Positions 13,391 through 27,638 are shown, counted from the first letter of the whole stretch. The stretch is DNA of 63,738 nt, filler included, from Reticulomyxa filosa (GCA_000512085.1; 19 parts of 19 records of this genome joined end to end with filler, not necessarily neighbours in it); one strand, 5' to 3'. Numbers and translations are program-made. Notes: a model not told the origin generated them from the letters alone.

Positions 13391-13771
13391 ACTTTTTCAG
13401 AACTGGGTCATTTTTTGTAGTTTATGGGTCATTTTTGAACCAATTTTTGTAAAAAAAGTACTTTTTTCCAAAAAAAAAAATTTCCAAAAGTGTATAATGG
13501 GGGGGATGTAGTTCAAATTTTTTTATGTTNNNNNNNNNNNNNNNNNNNNNNNNNNNNNNNNNNNNNNNNNNNNTTAATTAATTAANNNNNNNNNNNNNNN
13601 NNNNNNNNNNNNNNNNNNNNNNNNNNNNNATTATTATTATTATTATTATTATTATTGTTATTATTATTATTTGCTTTATGCTAAAAAAAAAAAAAAAAAG
13701 ACTTGATAATAATATAATTAAACTTGTTTATATAAATGCTTTTTATCATTCTTATTGTTTTGAACAAATAG

Positions 13772-15068
13772 TTGGAACATTGGGAAGCGCAGAAAAAAGC
13801 CAAATCGAAAACTCACCATCACTTTGGCAAGCAACAGACCAATGAAACCAATTATTATCACGAACACAATCCCAATGAGCAAAAGACCTTTGATCATTTC
13901 ATTTTAGACCAACGAACCAAAGAGGGTCGCATTACCACGCGTTGGCTGAAGTGGATCGTCGAAAAGCAAGACGAAGTTAGTCTGGAGTCACTCTGCGATT
14001 TTATGGTCAAGCTTTCTCACACTTTCATCGATTCTTATCAGCTTTCCAAGTTTTATTTTGTTTATTTCTTGTATATATAAAAAAGAAAATCTCCATATGT
14101 ATACGTATTTTTTTTTTTTTTTTTTTTTTTAGGAGTCAATATTATGAATGTGTTCGGATATTCGTGTATCGGTGTGTGTTGGGCCAAGGCTCGACCCAAA
14201 CTATGGTGTCAAATATCCTCGCCTCGCAGTTTCAAGATTTGAGTGGATTGGATGAAACATATCGCCGAAAAACCTTTTGGATGAGAACACTAAAACATGA
14301 CAAACTTCAAATCAACAAAGAGTACTGGTTGGAGCCTGCTGTGGACATTGGTCATCACAACTTGCTCACTGTTTCCAGTGACTCTACTCCAAAGCGCCAT
14401 GTTTGCTATATTTAATGTATTTACATTATTGTGATATATATGTATATGTATATAAATGTTAAATACTTTTTTTTTTTGTGTGTGTGTTGGAATTTGAAAC
14501 ATTAGAGCCAATTGCCATTTCAAGCAGGTGAAAGTGTCCCTTTTGCAGAAGCAATAAATATCATTGGCGAATTGGAAAAACAAGATGATATTCATGCATC
14601 ACCTGACATTGGTATCAATTTGATATTAGAAGCTGTCAAATTGGTCAATGATGTTGCAATGCGATATTTTGAAAGTTAAGTTGTTTTGTAAATTGGAGTG
14701 AGCGTTTTTTGTCAGTGTAATCAATGAGTATACGTAGGCGGTAGACAACTTTCAACAACACACACACATACACATGACAATTAATAACAGATAACAAACG
14801 ATCTCAAGGCATCGAAAAGCCAAAACTCGTGCCATTAGGAAATGACGATCTATTTCCACTCGTGGTGTATTGTGTTATTCAGTCACGTCTGGAAAATCCT
14901 CATGTATGCATCCGTTTTATTGAGTTGATATTACCAGAAGAAAATACAACCATGGGACAGGCCGCTTTTTCTTTATCGCTACTCAAAGCTGCTGTGCAAT
15001 ACATTATTAATGCAGCACCCGAAGAGTTTGGCCTGGACGCGGATGTTGATGCTGATCATATGGCGTAA
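13772..15068 (+). CDS. VPS9-domain Rab5-family GEF (5' partial, multi-exon)
   Basis: PLGNDDLFPLVVYCVIQSRLEN and MGQAAFSLSLLKAAVQYI match the VPS9 GADDLLP and GExGYxLT motifs. Upstream exons at 13772-14050, 14134-14400 and ~14508-14675. Confidence 0.85.
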
Positions 15069-15394
15069 ATTTATCTCAACTACTTTTTTCAGAGTCCATG
15101 CTGCTTTCATCATTCTTTTTTGTTGCCTATTTGTAAATGTCTTTTTTGATCGTGCCAGATTTTTTTTGTAACAAAAGAAAGTAGTTTGAACGCACCATAG
15201 TCTTGTTCTTTTACTAAAAAAAAATTGGGAAATTCTCGTTAATGCAAAAATTTCCATCTGCGCAAATACATTAAATAAGTTGTAAAATATTTAGGATCGT
15301 AGAAACATTGCAACAGACACTGGAGGGAAACTCCGCATAGCAAATGATGAAATATGATTGCACATAACTAATCACAAAAAAAGCTGGACCTGAA

Positions 15395-15620
15395 ATGCTA
15401 TTATATAGATTATTGATTTTCATGAAAAACAATATTCAATCAATTTTTGTTTTAAAATATCTACGAATCGTACAGTAGGTTGCAAAGAAAACTGAACGCA
15501 TAAACATATCTTATGATGATAATTGATTTTCTCAATGAAAAATCAACATTTAGACCTAATTTTTTTTTAAAAAATATCTACAAATCTTGTAGTTTTTAAA
15601 TATGATATTGATTTTTTAAT
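15395..15620 (+). repeat. Two adjacent copies of a dispersed AT-rich repeat (..TGATTTT....AAAATATCTACrAATC..)
   Basis: Similar to 47755-47866 (+), 54600-54690 (+) and 54940-55035 (-). Confidence 0.6.
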
Positions 15621-15865
15621 AACTTTTTTTTTTGTTGGATGAAATCAACATTCTTTCAAATGATTTTTGAAAATTCTGCGAGAATGAGTANNNNNNNNNN
15701 NNNNNNNNNNNNNNNNNNNNNNNNNNNNNNNNNNTTAATTAATTAANNNNNNNNNNNNNNNNNNNNNNNNNNNNNNNNNNNNNNNNNNNNGAGAGAGAGA
15801 GGGGAAGGGAAAGAAAAAACTATTAATAATGCAATATATTAATCATGTATCATTATGACTAGGGC

Positions 15866-16414
15866 TTGGATGCAATGAAAGAGCAACAATGGAAAATACG
15901 CTGGGATGGGCTGTTGACAACGCAATATGGGAATCCGGAATTACAATATGAACATCGATTTCACGATTTCCAAACTCTGCTGCAGCCTCCGTTTTTAACG
16001 TGGAGTAATTATGTCTCTGCGCGAGACAAATATTTGATGGAAGGTGTTCATAATGGCTCTTGTGATCCCTTGTTCACTTCCATCAATGAACGGCTCATTG
16101 AATGCAAAAAATTGTTTGAACACGTAATCAAGTCTCATGAGCACGTAGCCCAATGCCATGGACATGGACACTCACACGATCATATAAAATGGAATATTCG
16201 GCCTTGGATGCTCGATTATCTCAAGCAGTGCATTCGAGTCAGCGTCACCAACTCCATTTTTTGTTTAAAACTTCTACAGTGGACCAAAAAAGAAGGAGAA
16301 AAGAAACGCACTAACAATACTGAAAATACTCAAACACCAATCTGTGTCACTCACGATTTTCGAGAAAACTCACACTTTGTGTGTTTCAGGATAGAATCTG
16401 CACCTAAACAATAA
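15866..16414 (+). CDS. NAA35: NatC auxiliary subunit NAA35/Mak10, last exon
   Basis: QYEHRFHDFQTLLQPPFLTW, RVSVTNSIFCLKLL and the terminal HDFRENSHFVCFRI resemble the Mak10 C-terminus. Confidence 0.72.
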   Translation: MDAMKEQQWKIRWDGLLTTQYGNPELQYEHRFHDFQTLLQPPFLTWSNYVSARDKYLMEGVHNGSCDPLFTSINERLIECKKLFEHVIKSHEHVAQCHGHGHSHDHIKWNIRPWMLDYLKQCIRVSVTNSIFCLKLLQWTKKEGEKKRTNNTENTQTPICVTHDFRENSHFVCFRIESAPKQ

Positions 16415-17512
16415 TCTTATATGTGCTAACTCCCCTTTTTTTCTACTTTTTTTTACAAGGCACGTTCTGGCATGCCGATTATTATTATGATGAAACAAAT
16501 GAACAGCTACAATTTTTATTTCGAACTTGGAGATACAAAAAAATTTTCTTTGTTGCTTAATCACAAAAGTTGTTACGTGACACCGATCATTATGCAATTT
16601 AACTGGCCACCAAGAAAGTTACGTGTTGATGGCATTCATTTATACGCTTTGCTTTCTTAATCAACAGCTTTCATAATAAAAAGTTATTTGTGAATTCAAA
16701 TATTTTCTGTCACATTCTATTGTTATCTGTCAGTATAATCAAATGAATAAAAAATTTTAAAGAAGATGAGGATTGCAAGCCAATAAAGGTGCTTTTTTAA
16801 AGTGTAATACGAATGACTGCTCTTTTGATCAAATTTCAGCAAAGACAAAATAAATTAAACAAAAAAAGAAAAATAGAGACGAAATAAGAGATGAGTCGGA
16901 GAAAACAAGTGGTAAGGGTTTTGGAAGAAGAGTTTCTAAGTTCAAAAGAGCCCTTTGTGTTTCCTAGGCCCTCCTTTTGCTTTTTCAACGTACATGTTTG
17001 CACAAAAAAAGAGTACTGCTGTAGTTGTTTTATAAATAACAACGTCACAATAATTTCCTTCTTATAAGAACTTCAAAATTATTTAAGAATTTTAAATTAA
17101 CGGTGACACATATTTATTTTTCAATTTTGCTTTCTCTGTTTATGTGTCTCCTGTCGCTGGTAGTAATTTCAATTTCGTGCGATATGTTCTACATCAAATT
17201 GTTTAAGCTTGCTTAAATAATGATATTTTTGATACGTTGGAAATGTAAAAATAAAAAATCAGCACTTGAGTAGCGTCATTGCATTGTACAGTGCGAACAG
17301 TTTTTGAGTACTGTCGAAATCAATTCTTCCAAATAGTTGTAGCCAAGGAATGTATTACCAACAAAAATTGCAGAAATTGCATCAGACGTGGTTTAAAAAT
17401 TTTTTATTTTGAGTTTTGTCTGTCGCGAGTAGGTGTTTCTTTTTAAAGTTCGACAAAGAAAGAAAAATACCAGAAGAAAAACTTTTGACCTAATTAAGCC
17501 TCTTTTGCTGTT

Positions 17513-20500
17513 ATGGACAATAAAAATTCCTCCAATCGGCGCCATAGATGGCGATATTTGTTGCCAAATTGCCAGCAAAGTGCTCCGGTGACGTTTGAGC
17601 AGTTTCAGCAGCTTTTCGACGCAGGAACGTTAACGAAGAGCAGTTGGGTATGGCATTACAATTACACGAACAACACGTGGAAGCAAATGTCAGAACTGAC
17701 ACAAGTTTGGGACGATTTAGAGCACAAACGATATCAGAGCAGCCCCTATCAAAGAGGAATGGAAGGCGAGCAAAACAAAAAAGAGGACAGCAACGAAGAT
17801 ATTGAGCATCGGACACAGTCTATGGAAAGTGATGTGAGAAGTGAGGGCAAAATGTCAAACAAGAGTAAAAGTGACAACGACAAGAAACAAGTCAACAAAG
17901 GTCATTCCAATAAGTAAGTTGTTCAAAACTTTTTTTTTATAGAAGCAACAAAAAAAAAAATTGGTGACAAGTAACCTAAGTTTTTTTCAAACCAATCAAA
18001 CTACTGAAAACATACCAAAAGCGAGGGTCCTTTGCAAACTGAAGAAGGGATCTCACCGGACTGTGATCAAGAGCATGTTTCCACAAACAATCAAGAAGTC
18101 GTTGGTGAAAACGTTAACGTTAAGCGATGAATACATTACCATAATTTTTTTGAGGAGGAGCATGCCTAGGGAGTTTCTAGTGATGTTTAAATAGCGTGTT
18201 TTTTTGAATGCATTTTGTAGTATACTTCCACCAGCGAACTTCAGCAGAGTTGGTCGAACAATGGCAAAGTAAAGAATGCCCACGCATCATCATTGGACAA
18301 TTTGAAGAAAGGTCAGATTGTTTTAGTGCGCGACACGAAACAAGATAGAGTCGTGGAGGGCATCTTTTACTGTTACGACCACTTGAAGCACAAGAAACAG
18401 ATCCGATTAATCTTTCAATCAGGACACGCCGAGTGGATGGGCATCAATGATCCTAGAATTGTCAAGTTTTTAATATTTTTTTTTTTGGGTTACTGAACGA
18501 GCTATCAGGACCTCCTCAAAAAAAAGTATTTTATTTCATCTTTAAATAGACAACATCGAATTTTTCCACTCAGTTTGGAAAACAACATCGATGCTACCCC
18601 CTTGATAGATAAAGTTTGTTTCTTTTCTTTTTTTTGTCATTTCAATGTCTGATGAAGTTAATTAATTATTGAATTTGTGCAATTTTGTTGTTAATTTGGG
18701 GGTGTTGATTAAAAAAAAAAAGCCAATGTCGACAGCTGCCCCTTCAACAGTACCATCAAAATCGTTTGATCGTAGTAATAGCGTTTTGCCGGCGACAATA
18801 CGATCATCACCACCTTCCTTCCATTTGACCGAAGCAACAGATACCATGACGAATGCGACCATGATCGTGGACACGGATACTGATACAGATCGATGTTTGT
18901 CTTCGCAATCCCAACTTGAGTCTTGCTCGATGTTGTCGCTGTCTCTGGCCGTTTCGCCCAGAGTACATGCCACTGATCCAAGTGCGACTCACAGCCATGC
19001 CAAGCTGAAATGGGCCGAAACAAACACGAGCATAGACCGCACGCGATCTCTGAAGCATAGCCATTCGCAAACATACTCCCATTTACCGTCTCCTCCAACG
19101 AAGAGACAAACCTTGCTAAAAATGCCTCTGCTGTTGGAAAAATCGACATTGACAGGTATTGTTTTCTTTTTGAAATAGATGTAATAATAAAAAAATGTAC
19201 ATCTTTTCAATGGACAATTTTTTTTAATATACTGTTTTCGTTTCACTTTGGGCTACCAAATCACTAGAAGTGCAGCAAAGACATGGGCAAAGCCAAGTAA
19301 AGAAAAGCACGAAAGAGATACCAGTGGATAGCTCCGGCGATCGAGAACTCGCGGAGAAGGACCATTCGGAACAGGAGAACAAAGCGAACGCTTGGTAATA
19401 GCGGATGCAAACCCGTCACAAAGCAATGGCATCAAGACACAATTGACACTGATAACGTTTCACGACAAAGAAAAAATGATAAGCGATATTTTGGGGAAAC
19501 AAAGTTTGCAATTTTGGGACGAAGTTCGCTTACATTATGAAACACAACGGTTGACAACGTTGGAAAAAGAAATGCGAGCTGCGTACGAATTCAAAAAGCA
19601 CAAATATTCACTGGTGCGTATACAAATACATATATATGTATTTTTTTTATGATGTGTTTTCTTATTTCTTTGTACATGTATATATTTCTTCACCCGCACT
19701 TTTTGAGAGGAGGGGAAAAAAAATCGAAAACGAAAATACAAAACAAAGACATCAATGAATACAAAAGAGTGCAAAAGAATACGAAAAGATGACAAGATTA
19801 TTGGAAGATGCGTACAAAGAGTTACGAGAAAAGAATATGGAAAAAAATTGGGATGCGCAGAACGAACTGTATTGGAGCACGAAAAGTAAGGAAGCGAAGG
19901 AACAATTGCTCGCTGCGAATAAGAAGCTCGACCTGGCAACGCAGTTGGAGCGCAATGGCGCTAGCCTGTTCTCACAATGCCAGCAGTTGTTGGTCGAAAT
20001 GAACACACTCAATGGATATCTCACTAAGCAATGCAATGCCATTAAACATGCTAAAGACCAAATGGCGTCCCAACAGCAGATCTTACTTCAACATTTGCAG
20101 AAAGAAAAATTTCAATTGGGTTATTTGCCATGTGAGCTCACGTTTTTCGCGTGCACACATACGCACACAAAAATAAGGAGGGTGGGATGCTTAATGTTCT
20201 CATTTTAATTTGCGTGTGCGTTTGGCACATTGACAAAACATAGGGCTAATGACTGGAGTTAACAAACAACCGCCTGCGGATGCGAATGTCGAAATGATTC
20301 GACAAGACTTGAAAAAAAGATGGGAAGAGTTGCGAGCTTGTGAGCTGAAACTTCAAAAGAAGGAACACCAGCTTAATCAAGAGTGGTTGCAATTGACTGC
20401 CATGCAGAAATCGGCAAATGCATTAATGGACGCAAAAAAAAGACTTTTGAAAATTCAAAGTGACGAATACAACTTTTTTCAAAATATTTGTCGAAAAGTC

Positions 20501-22815
20501 GAAGAGATGAATTTTAATCAGAAAAAAACCGAATTGCAAGTTTTGAATATGTTGCTTTTATTTTTAAAAAAATTTTATTTTGTTATTTTTTAAAGCTTGA
20601 AAACTGATGTGTGGCTGTGGTGGGATCGTGCAGACGATGCAGTTCAAAGTACGATTTGAAAAACACACGACGATTTGGGAGAAACATTTTCTCGAAATTG
20701 AACGGCAACAATTCGAAAATGAAAAACAACAGCTCAAAATTGAACTTGCAAATCTTGAAACACAGAAAAGCATTACAGACATGCAAAGCACTCAAAAACC
20801 TATTGCCATCGACTTAGTTTTGTATTTTTGAATTTTGAGTCTTTTTTGCCATTATCATTGTCACTGTTATTGTTATGAGTATTAATGATTGGTCCATGAC
20901 AATAGAATGACCTGTTACAAAACAGCATAAACTTGAACAAAGATAATATCACAAATGAACAGCAAAAATGGAAAGAGCAATTAACACAACTAGAACTGAC
21001 TGTTGAGAGGCTGCGCGCGGACAAAGCGGAGCTGCAACACCAGATATCGAAGAAAGAATTGGAAAAAGAGGGCGGCTCCAGCGCAAACACGAATTTCCAA
21101 CGTGTGAACGATATGAATGTGTACATCCACAAATTGAGTGATCAATTGGACACGGAGAGAACCAAAAAAGATGAAATTTATAAAGTTTTGTAATTGTCCA
21201 TAGGCCAAGTTCAATTCAATTCAATTGCATCCTTATTCCATTTTAATTTTGTTTACAAATCAAAACAGTATACAGAGCCTAACAAAGATGTGTTTTGTCT
21301 CGTTTTATCTTTAGCAATTGTTAGAACAACTGCTGTCCAAAGAAGCACTTACACCAAAGTGGCGCGATTGGAAAGTGACAGCCGTTTGTTGGAAGAGCAG
21401 AATACTACATTACAGAATCAAGTAAAACAGTTGAAGACCGAAAATCGACAACTGAACGAAAAAAATACATTATTGGAAACGGAAAAGGACAATTTGACCA
21501 CAATGGTAAACGACTTGGTGCGGTTGAGCCATGAACAGGCCGAGCACGATAGACAATATCGCCACGGGTTAGAACCAGCGTCAGTCCTCTCAAAAGCTAC
21601 CGAATTACTACGTGCCAAACAAAGGAGAGCGTCAATGATACAATTGAACCACAAAAACGAGAGGAGTAGATTACAATCTTCCATCCCCTCCAACAGTTTG
21701 TCGCTGCCGGTCACTCCCTCCCCAAATCCAAATGACAAAGTCAACGAGACTAGACAAGATTTACAACCTATCGAACGAGCTTCCAAACAGACTCAAGGAG
21801 AATCCAAGGAAATAACGCATGATAAAGAAAGAGAGAGCTGGACGTCCCTATCAACCCATCGACGAGATACCGAAGGCTCCAATCGAACTGTAGTTGTCAA
21901 CAGCGAAGAAGAAACTACACCTGTCACTAGTGATCATTCCTTGAGCCGAAGAAAGGTATGTACATATACGATTGCACAAAACTGAAAACGAATACATAAA
22001 ATATATTTCTTCCTTCATCAAACAAAAATATAGAAAGAAAGTTGAGCAACTTGGACGATATATTGGTGTCGTTGGGCTCGTTCGAAGCCAAATTGAATGC
22101 AATGACTCCTCCATCCTCACAACCTACTGCTGCTTCAGACAATGATGAGACCGAAATTGAATATAAACAGTATCGCTTTAGTGCATTCCAGACCAAAAAA
22201 CTTGATGAAAGCAAGACCCCTCCTCAAGAAACAAACCAAACTCTCCCTCCATCTCAGACACTTGTAAATCAAAGAAATAGTAACACCAGTTTGGATACAT
22301 CCCAATTACAATCAGACAAAAGCTCGAAAAATATTAGCCCGGACACCCAAAGCAACGCAGAAGTGACTAAAAATGTGTCGGACAAACCTCCCAAAAAAAA
22401 AGAAGAGCAAAAACGAGCGTCGAAATCAAAAATTCAAAAACTTGGCCATGATGACTTTGATCCTGTTGAACCACCTTCCAAAGCTGTTCCTCCTCCTAGG
22501 ACTTTCCGCTCTTTATCAGTAGCAGCCAATAAGCTGCCAAAGAGAGAGAAAAAAAAAAAGATGAGAAACGCAAACAAGGATGAGATTTCAACTAAAAGCG
22601 AAAGTCTTGTTCCGAATCACGCAAATACTGGCAATCCACAAGCACGTAGTGAATTTGAAAAAGAATCAGAGAAAGTAGACTCATTGTGTCTGATAACTCG
22701 AGATAAGTGCAATTTCCAAACATCTGATAAATGGGCTTCAAAATCATATTCTGCTCCTTTCATTGAAAATGATAATCAGAGTTTACCAGATCTTAGCTGG
22801 GATGATGATATTTAA
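17513..22815 (+). CDS. Multi-exon protein: N-terminal GYF_2 domain, possible Tudor/chromo-barrel-like module, long coiled coil and disordered tail
   Basis: WRYLLPNCQQSAPVTFEQFQQLFDAGTLTKSSWVWHYNYTNNTWKQMSEL (GYF_2 pattern); KKGQIVLVRD...IRLIFQSGHAEWMGINDPRI at 18300-18460; coiled-coil exons 19400-21550. Could be more than one gene. Confidence 0.65.
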
Positions 22816-22940
22816 TTAAAAGGGAAAATATAGTAGGGCATTGTTACAATACAGAAAAAGGAATTTTTTTTTACGCAAATGGCGCAAACTTTTGTTTTTT
22901 ATTGTAATTTTTCTTTTTTTTTTCTTCTTTTTGTTTGGTT

Positions 22941-25503
22941 TTAATTTTGATTGGACAAAATAACTTTCTTCCTTCTTTCTTTTTTGTTTCTTTCTTGTTT
23001 CCTTCTGTTTGCTCTTACTCCGCTCAAGAATGTTCTTTGGACTTTTTTTTTTGGGAATTGACAGAAAGATCGAATGCTTTTTGTTGATGTAACTGAGGAT
23101 ACATTTGTAGCTAAAAAATTGTTTCCAGTAATTCTTTGACATCCACTTTTTTCATTCACTTTTTCTCCTAAACAACGAGGGGATTTGCACCAAGAAAGAA
23201 ATGTGATTTTGCTCGTTATTTTTTGAAGAAAAATTAAAACAGCCCAAGAGTAACAAAAAAAAAATAAAGAATTACACTTTTGGTTTTTGTTGTTTTGTTT
23301 TGATTTTCCTGTTTTATATGCCTCTTCTATTTTTTGTTCTAACACATTCCGCTCTTTTGCTTTAATAGCTTCTGCTGCTCTTCCAACACGGCTAAAGGAA
23401 GTATGGACCTTGAGTGGATACTCCTGCCAACATAATAAACATACAATTGAACGTAATAAGTTAAAAAGAAACAAAAAATAATGTAACTGGATGATCTTCT
23501 ACCCATTGTAATAAATCTTGTTCAGCCAAATAAAATGCTTGTATAAAATTTGTGACATAGTCAAAGGTTGGCATAGGCCTTTCGTTATATAAGTATGAAA
23601 GAACAGAGAATATAGGACAAGAGAAGTAGAAAAAAATAAAGAAACGAAAGCAATAGAAATAAACTCTGCATTCTTTAGTTGTTGCAGTCCTTTTTTGAGT
23701 TCACTTTGGTCTAATGACATCAAAGCCCTTCCTTCCGTTGTACATTTTGTAGCTTCAGCAAATGCAACAACTAATTGTTCCTGCACGTAAATGACCGCCT
23801 CAGCGTTTAATTTGTGATGAATAAATTTCGGCAACGTCGGATGAGACGATAATACTTTCTCAATTTGAGCAAACATCGATATCAACTTTTTCACGTAGGC
23901 ATTGGGTTCCGAGCTCAAATCTCTTCGATTCCATTTCACTTGTTTTATGTGATAAGAAATGGACTCTTTGTCAGAAGCAGATCCGAGACTTATCATTTTT
24001 TACATCATGCACACATTACAACATGTCTCTCACTTGAATTGTTTTGTCATATCTTCTGGCCACTGAAAGATGCAAAAAAAAAAACTCAACTGAACCAGCA
24101 AAGTCGGAACATTTCGATACATGTACGTTTTAAATTCTTGGACAACCATCCGAGAAGTTTCTACCAGTTCATCCACTTGATAATGCTGACTTTTTGGCAA
24201 TTGGTGGTAGAGTCGAGATCGAATAGTTTCAATAATTTCGACCAAAAAAGGGCGTTTCAGTTGCAACGAATCGATACGCCACACCTTGCATAGTTGCATC
24301 AGTTTCCAAGTCCAACGCTTCGCTTGCTTCCATCAACAATTTGATATACGAAGGCAGTTTCTTTGGTCGACGAATGGAGCCATTTAATTTTTTTTTGATC
24401 AAATCGTCCAACTCCGGGGCCAAAGTCCGGCTTAACAATTGATCGTTGACCATGTTCATCAACTTGGTCAATGTTGGATATTTCTTTTGAGGTGTCGTCG
24501 TTGATGGCTGACCAGCAACCGAGACTACCCCAGATCCACCACCTGCCGCGGTTGCAGAAGTAGCGCTACCGTTTGTATTGCTTGTCATCCCATTGTGGGC
24601 ACTCGCCGTATCCAAAGAGGAAACAATGCTTGTGCTGGTGGAGTCAGTCAATAAATCTAGAGTCGAGCTATACTTGTTTGTCGACTCAAAAAAATAGTGC
24701 ACATTCACTCCGAACCATACAAATACGTGATACAAATAAAAGTTAAAGGCTTCGCGCAATGCTTGAAAGGCTTCAAATGACACGGGATCCAAGCATTCCA
24801 TTACTTGAACACATCTTTCCAAATGCATAGTTAATATTCATTGATACGTATAATATATATGTATATGTATATGTGTATGTGTATGTACAGATGTATTGTA
24901 TAGGATCAAGTAGTAACATGTGTAATGTTCCTTTTACTCGAATAGAACCTAACCTGCCCAAATGTTTGGCGACATTTAGAGAAGCACTTGTCAACACAGG
25001 CTCACTTCCGTCATCGTTCGGCTTTCCAACAACAGGTCGTCTATCAAGCACTCTTTCTTCATCCTCTCCTCCAATGCCGGCTCCAGCATTCGCATCGAAC
25101 ATGGTTTTGTTCGAAGACGTTTGTTCCGCTTCTTGCTTGCGCTTGAGCAATTGATCGAAGATGTTTTCGCCACTTAGAAATTGTTGATACACGTGCGGCT
25201 GTGATTTGGACTGTAAGGCTTGCACATTCGAAGCTGTTGAGTTTGGAGCCTCTTTAGCTTCCACTTCCATTTTTTTTTGTTTCGATGATTCGTTTTCGAT
25301 ATTCCCTTGTGGTTGTGACTGTCCTTCTTCCTTGTGTTCTTCGTGTTTTGTTTCATTTGACATGGATGTATCACTTTGTACAGTATCACTTTTGTTTTCG
25401 GTCATCGCTTGCGAAGGAGGAGCTCCATTTTCCATCTGTTCTTTGTTCTTTCCCTTTTTCGTGTCAGACTCCGTCGATACTGTTGTTGTTGCTGTTGCTG
25501 TTG
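22941..25503 (-). CDS. VPS50: VPS50/syndetin (EARP complex subunit), 5' partial, multi-exon
   Basis: LTSASLNVAKHLG, VAYRFVATE, KWNRRDLSSEPNAYVKKLI, AFAEATKCTTEGRALMSLD and YVTNFIQAFYL fit the VPS50 C-terminal domain. Apparent 1-nt frameshift at the A6 run at 24244-24249. Confidence 0.85.
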
Positions 25504-25603
25504 NNNNNNNNNNNNNNNNNNNNNNNNNNNNNNNNNNNNNNNNNNNNTTAATTAATTAANNNNNNNNNNNNNNNNNNNNNNNNNNNNNNNNNNNNNNNNN
25601 NNN

Positions 25604-25935
25604 CCCATGCCCATATTCATATTCATGCCCATATTCATATTCATATTCATTCCCATCCCCATGCCCATGTTGTGGCGGTCCATGCCGCTCCCGTCCATTT
25701 TCTGCAGAGATTGACCCACGCCAGACCCTTCCGGACCTAGCGATAACATCGATTGGTAGTGGCGAGCTTGCGCCAGGTTGTACAGGTAGTTGTTGCCTGC
25801 TGCGAGCAATGGGTTCATCGGGGGCACCATCCCATTCACACCTACCGTTCCTCCATTCCCTGACGGCGTTGCTCCTGGAGGGTAGGGTGCCAATCCAGGG
25901 GCAGCAAAGGCTGGAAGTGTCGAATACGGATACAT
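25604..25935 (-). CDS. N-terminal Pro/Gly/Met-rich low-complexity fragment of an unknown gene (3' truncated by linker)
   Basis: GC-richer coding-like ORF MYPYSTLPAFAAPG...GMGMNMNM running into the gap. Confidence 0.5.
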
Positions 25936-26485
25936 TATAGGTGTTTTATGTTGTTTGTGCAATATTCGAACAATTCTGAACAAAAAAAAAATTTGATTCT
26001 TTTTTTTTTTTTTGTCCTCACCTTTTTGTTTTTTCCCCGTTCTTTAGAAACGATTTATCCTTTTGTTAAATATTGTCACATAAAAACAAGCTCTCTTTTA
26101 ATACGATATTTACCACAAAACGCATATGATAAAACATATTAGTATCATAATTATTGCGCAAAAACAATTACTGAATACTTACCTATCTTTTCAAATACTT
26201 TTTTTTTTTTTGGAAAGTTTTTTTAATCAATTGAAAAAGATGTGCTGAATACTTTTTTTTTAGTTTAAGCAGTGATCATACATCTCTGTTTGGTGAAGCA
26301 TTGATAATGATTTTTTTTGTCAACAACCTGTCTCCATTCAACAGCTAACAGCAAAAACTGACAAACCATCTTTGAAAAAGTTTGTTAGCTGTTTTATAAT
26401 TGGAGGAACGAGAAAAAAACCAACCAACAAAGGAAACCAGTTCGGCCAAAATGAACAGACGAAACCAGAAAATTGAAAACATAAT

Positions 26486-27026
26486 TTTTATTGTTGTTTC
26501 TGTAAATCTTCAGAAATTTCTTTGTCCACTGCGCCTTTGAATGGGAAAGCTCTCACATGAGGTCTTGTCTGTGTTCAGTTTGACGTGTGTTTTCCACGAA
26601 CACACAATCACTACTTTGTGTCTCTCATTTCCGATGTGCAAATGTTGGCAGTATGTCCACAGCAGTAAAGGCCACATAGAAGAAAAAAAGAGAGCAGAAA
26701 GAAAAAATTAACCCAATTTTCAAGTGCAGGAGCAAGCATCCAACCCCCAAATACAAGGGCTGGTACACCCCATGACACATATCTATTATTTTAAGACCAG
26801 ACACATTCAGGTGATCAATTATGATATGTGTACATAAATATATACACATATAATGTTTTTACGTTGGTGCAATTGCTGGCTTTGCTTCCTTACCTGAATG
26901 TTTTCACGTGCCATCTCCATTTGGCCCATTTATCCACAAAGTGCCACGCTGTTAAGCCCATGAAACCTTTGGCCCACAATAGTGAAAATTCGTCTGAAGC
27001 GAATGGTAATGGTTGCAATTCTGCCA
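26486..27026 (-). CDS. Small multi-exon protein of unknown function
   Basis: First exon MAELQPLPFASDEFSLLWAKGFMGLTAWHFVDKWAKWRWHVKTF ends at a canonical CAG|GTAAG donor. Last exon ...HVRAFPFKGAVDKEISEDLQKQQ*. Confidence 0.45.
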
Positions 27027-27607
27027 TTGTTTGTCTTGTTTTGTTGGACTGATAAAATCACAAATTACTGGTTCAAAACAGTTATCTGTTCCTTATTTTT
27101 TTAAGTTGAAATATCGGGGTCTTTTTTGGTCTTTTAAAAAATATGCAAGTACTTTTTTTTTGTAGAAAGTGAAAAAACTACGCTTACTGTAACACCCTAG
27201 GAATGGAGTGTCAAGAAAACAGCTAATGGATGTTTAACCTGACGACATGAAAGAGCCAAATAAAGGGCTGTACGACAACCACAAAGCGAATTATCCAGTA
27301 TTTGAATGAGTATTTTTCCCTTTTTTTTTTTTCCTCTTAATAAAAAAAATTCTCGCATGTCTTCTTATATTCATTCTTAAAAAATATTTTCAATAATTCA
27401 TTCTGAGTAATATTTTTCCTGATAAAAAGGCGTACTAAAGATATAATAACGATACTACCAAGTCAGTAGTGTTTAGGACTTTGGTGCGTTACGCAAGGAA
27501 AAGAGCATGATGATAAGATATAATACAGGTTAATCTTTTTTTTTTTTGGTTAAAAATTTTAGTTTTGTGAGGAGCGAAAATGGTGTAGCAAAAACGAAGT
27601 TGAAAAC

Positions 27608-27638
<31 letters not shown>

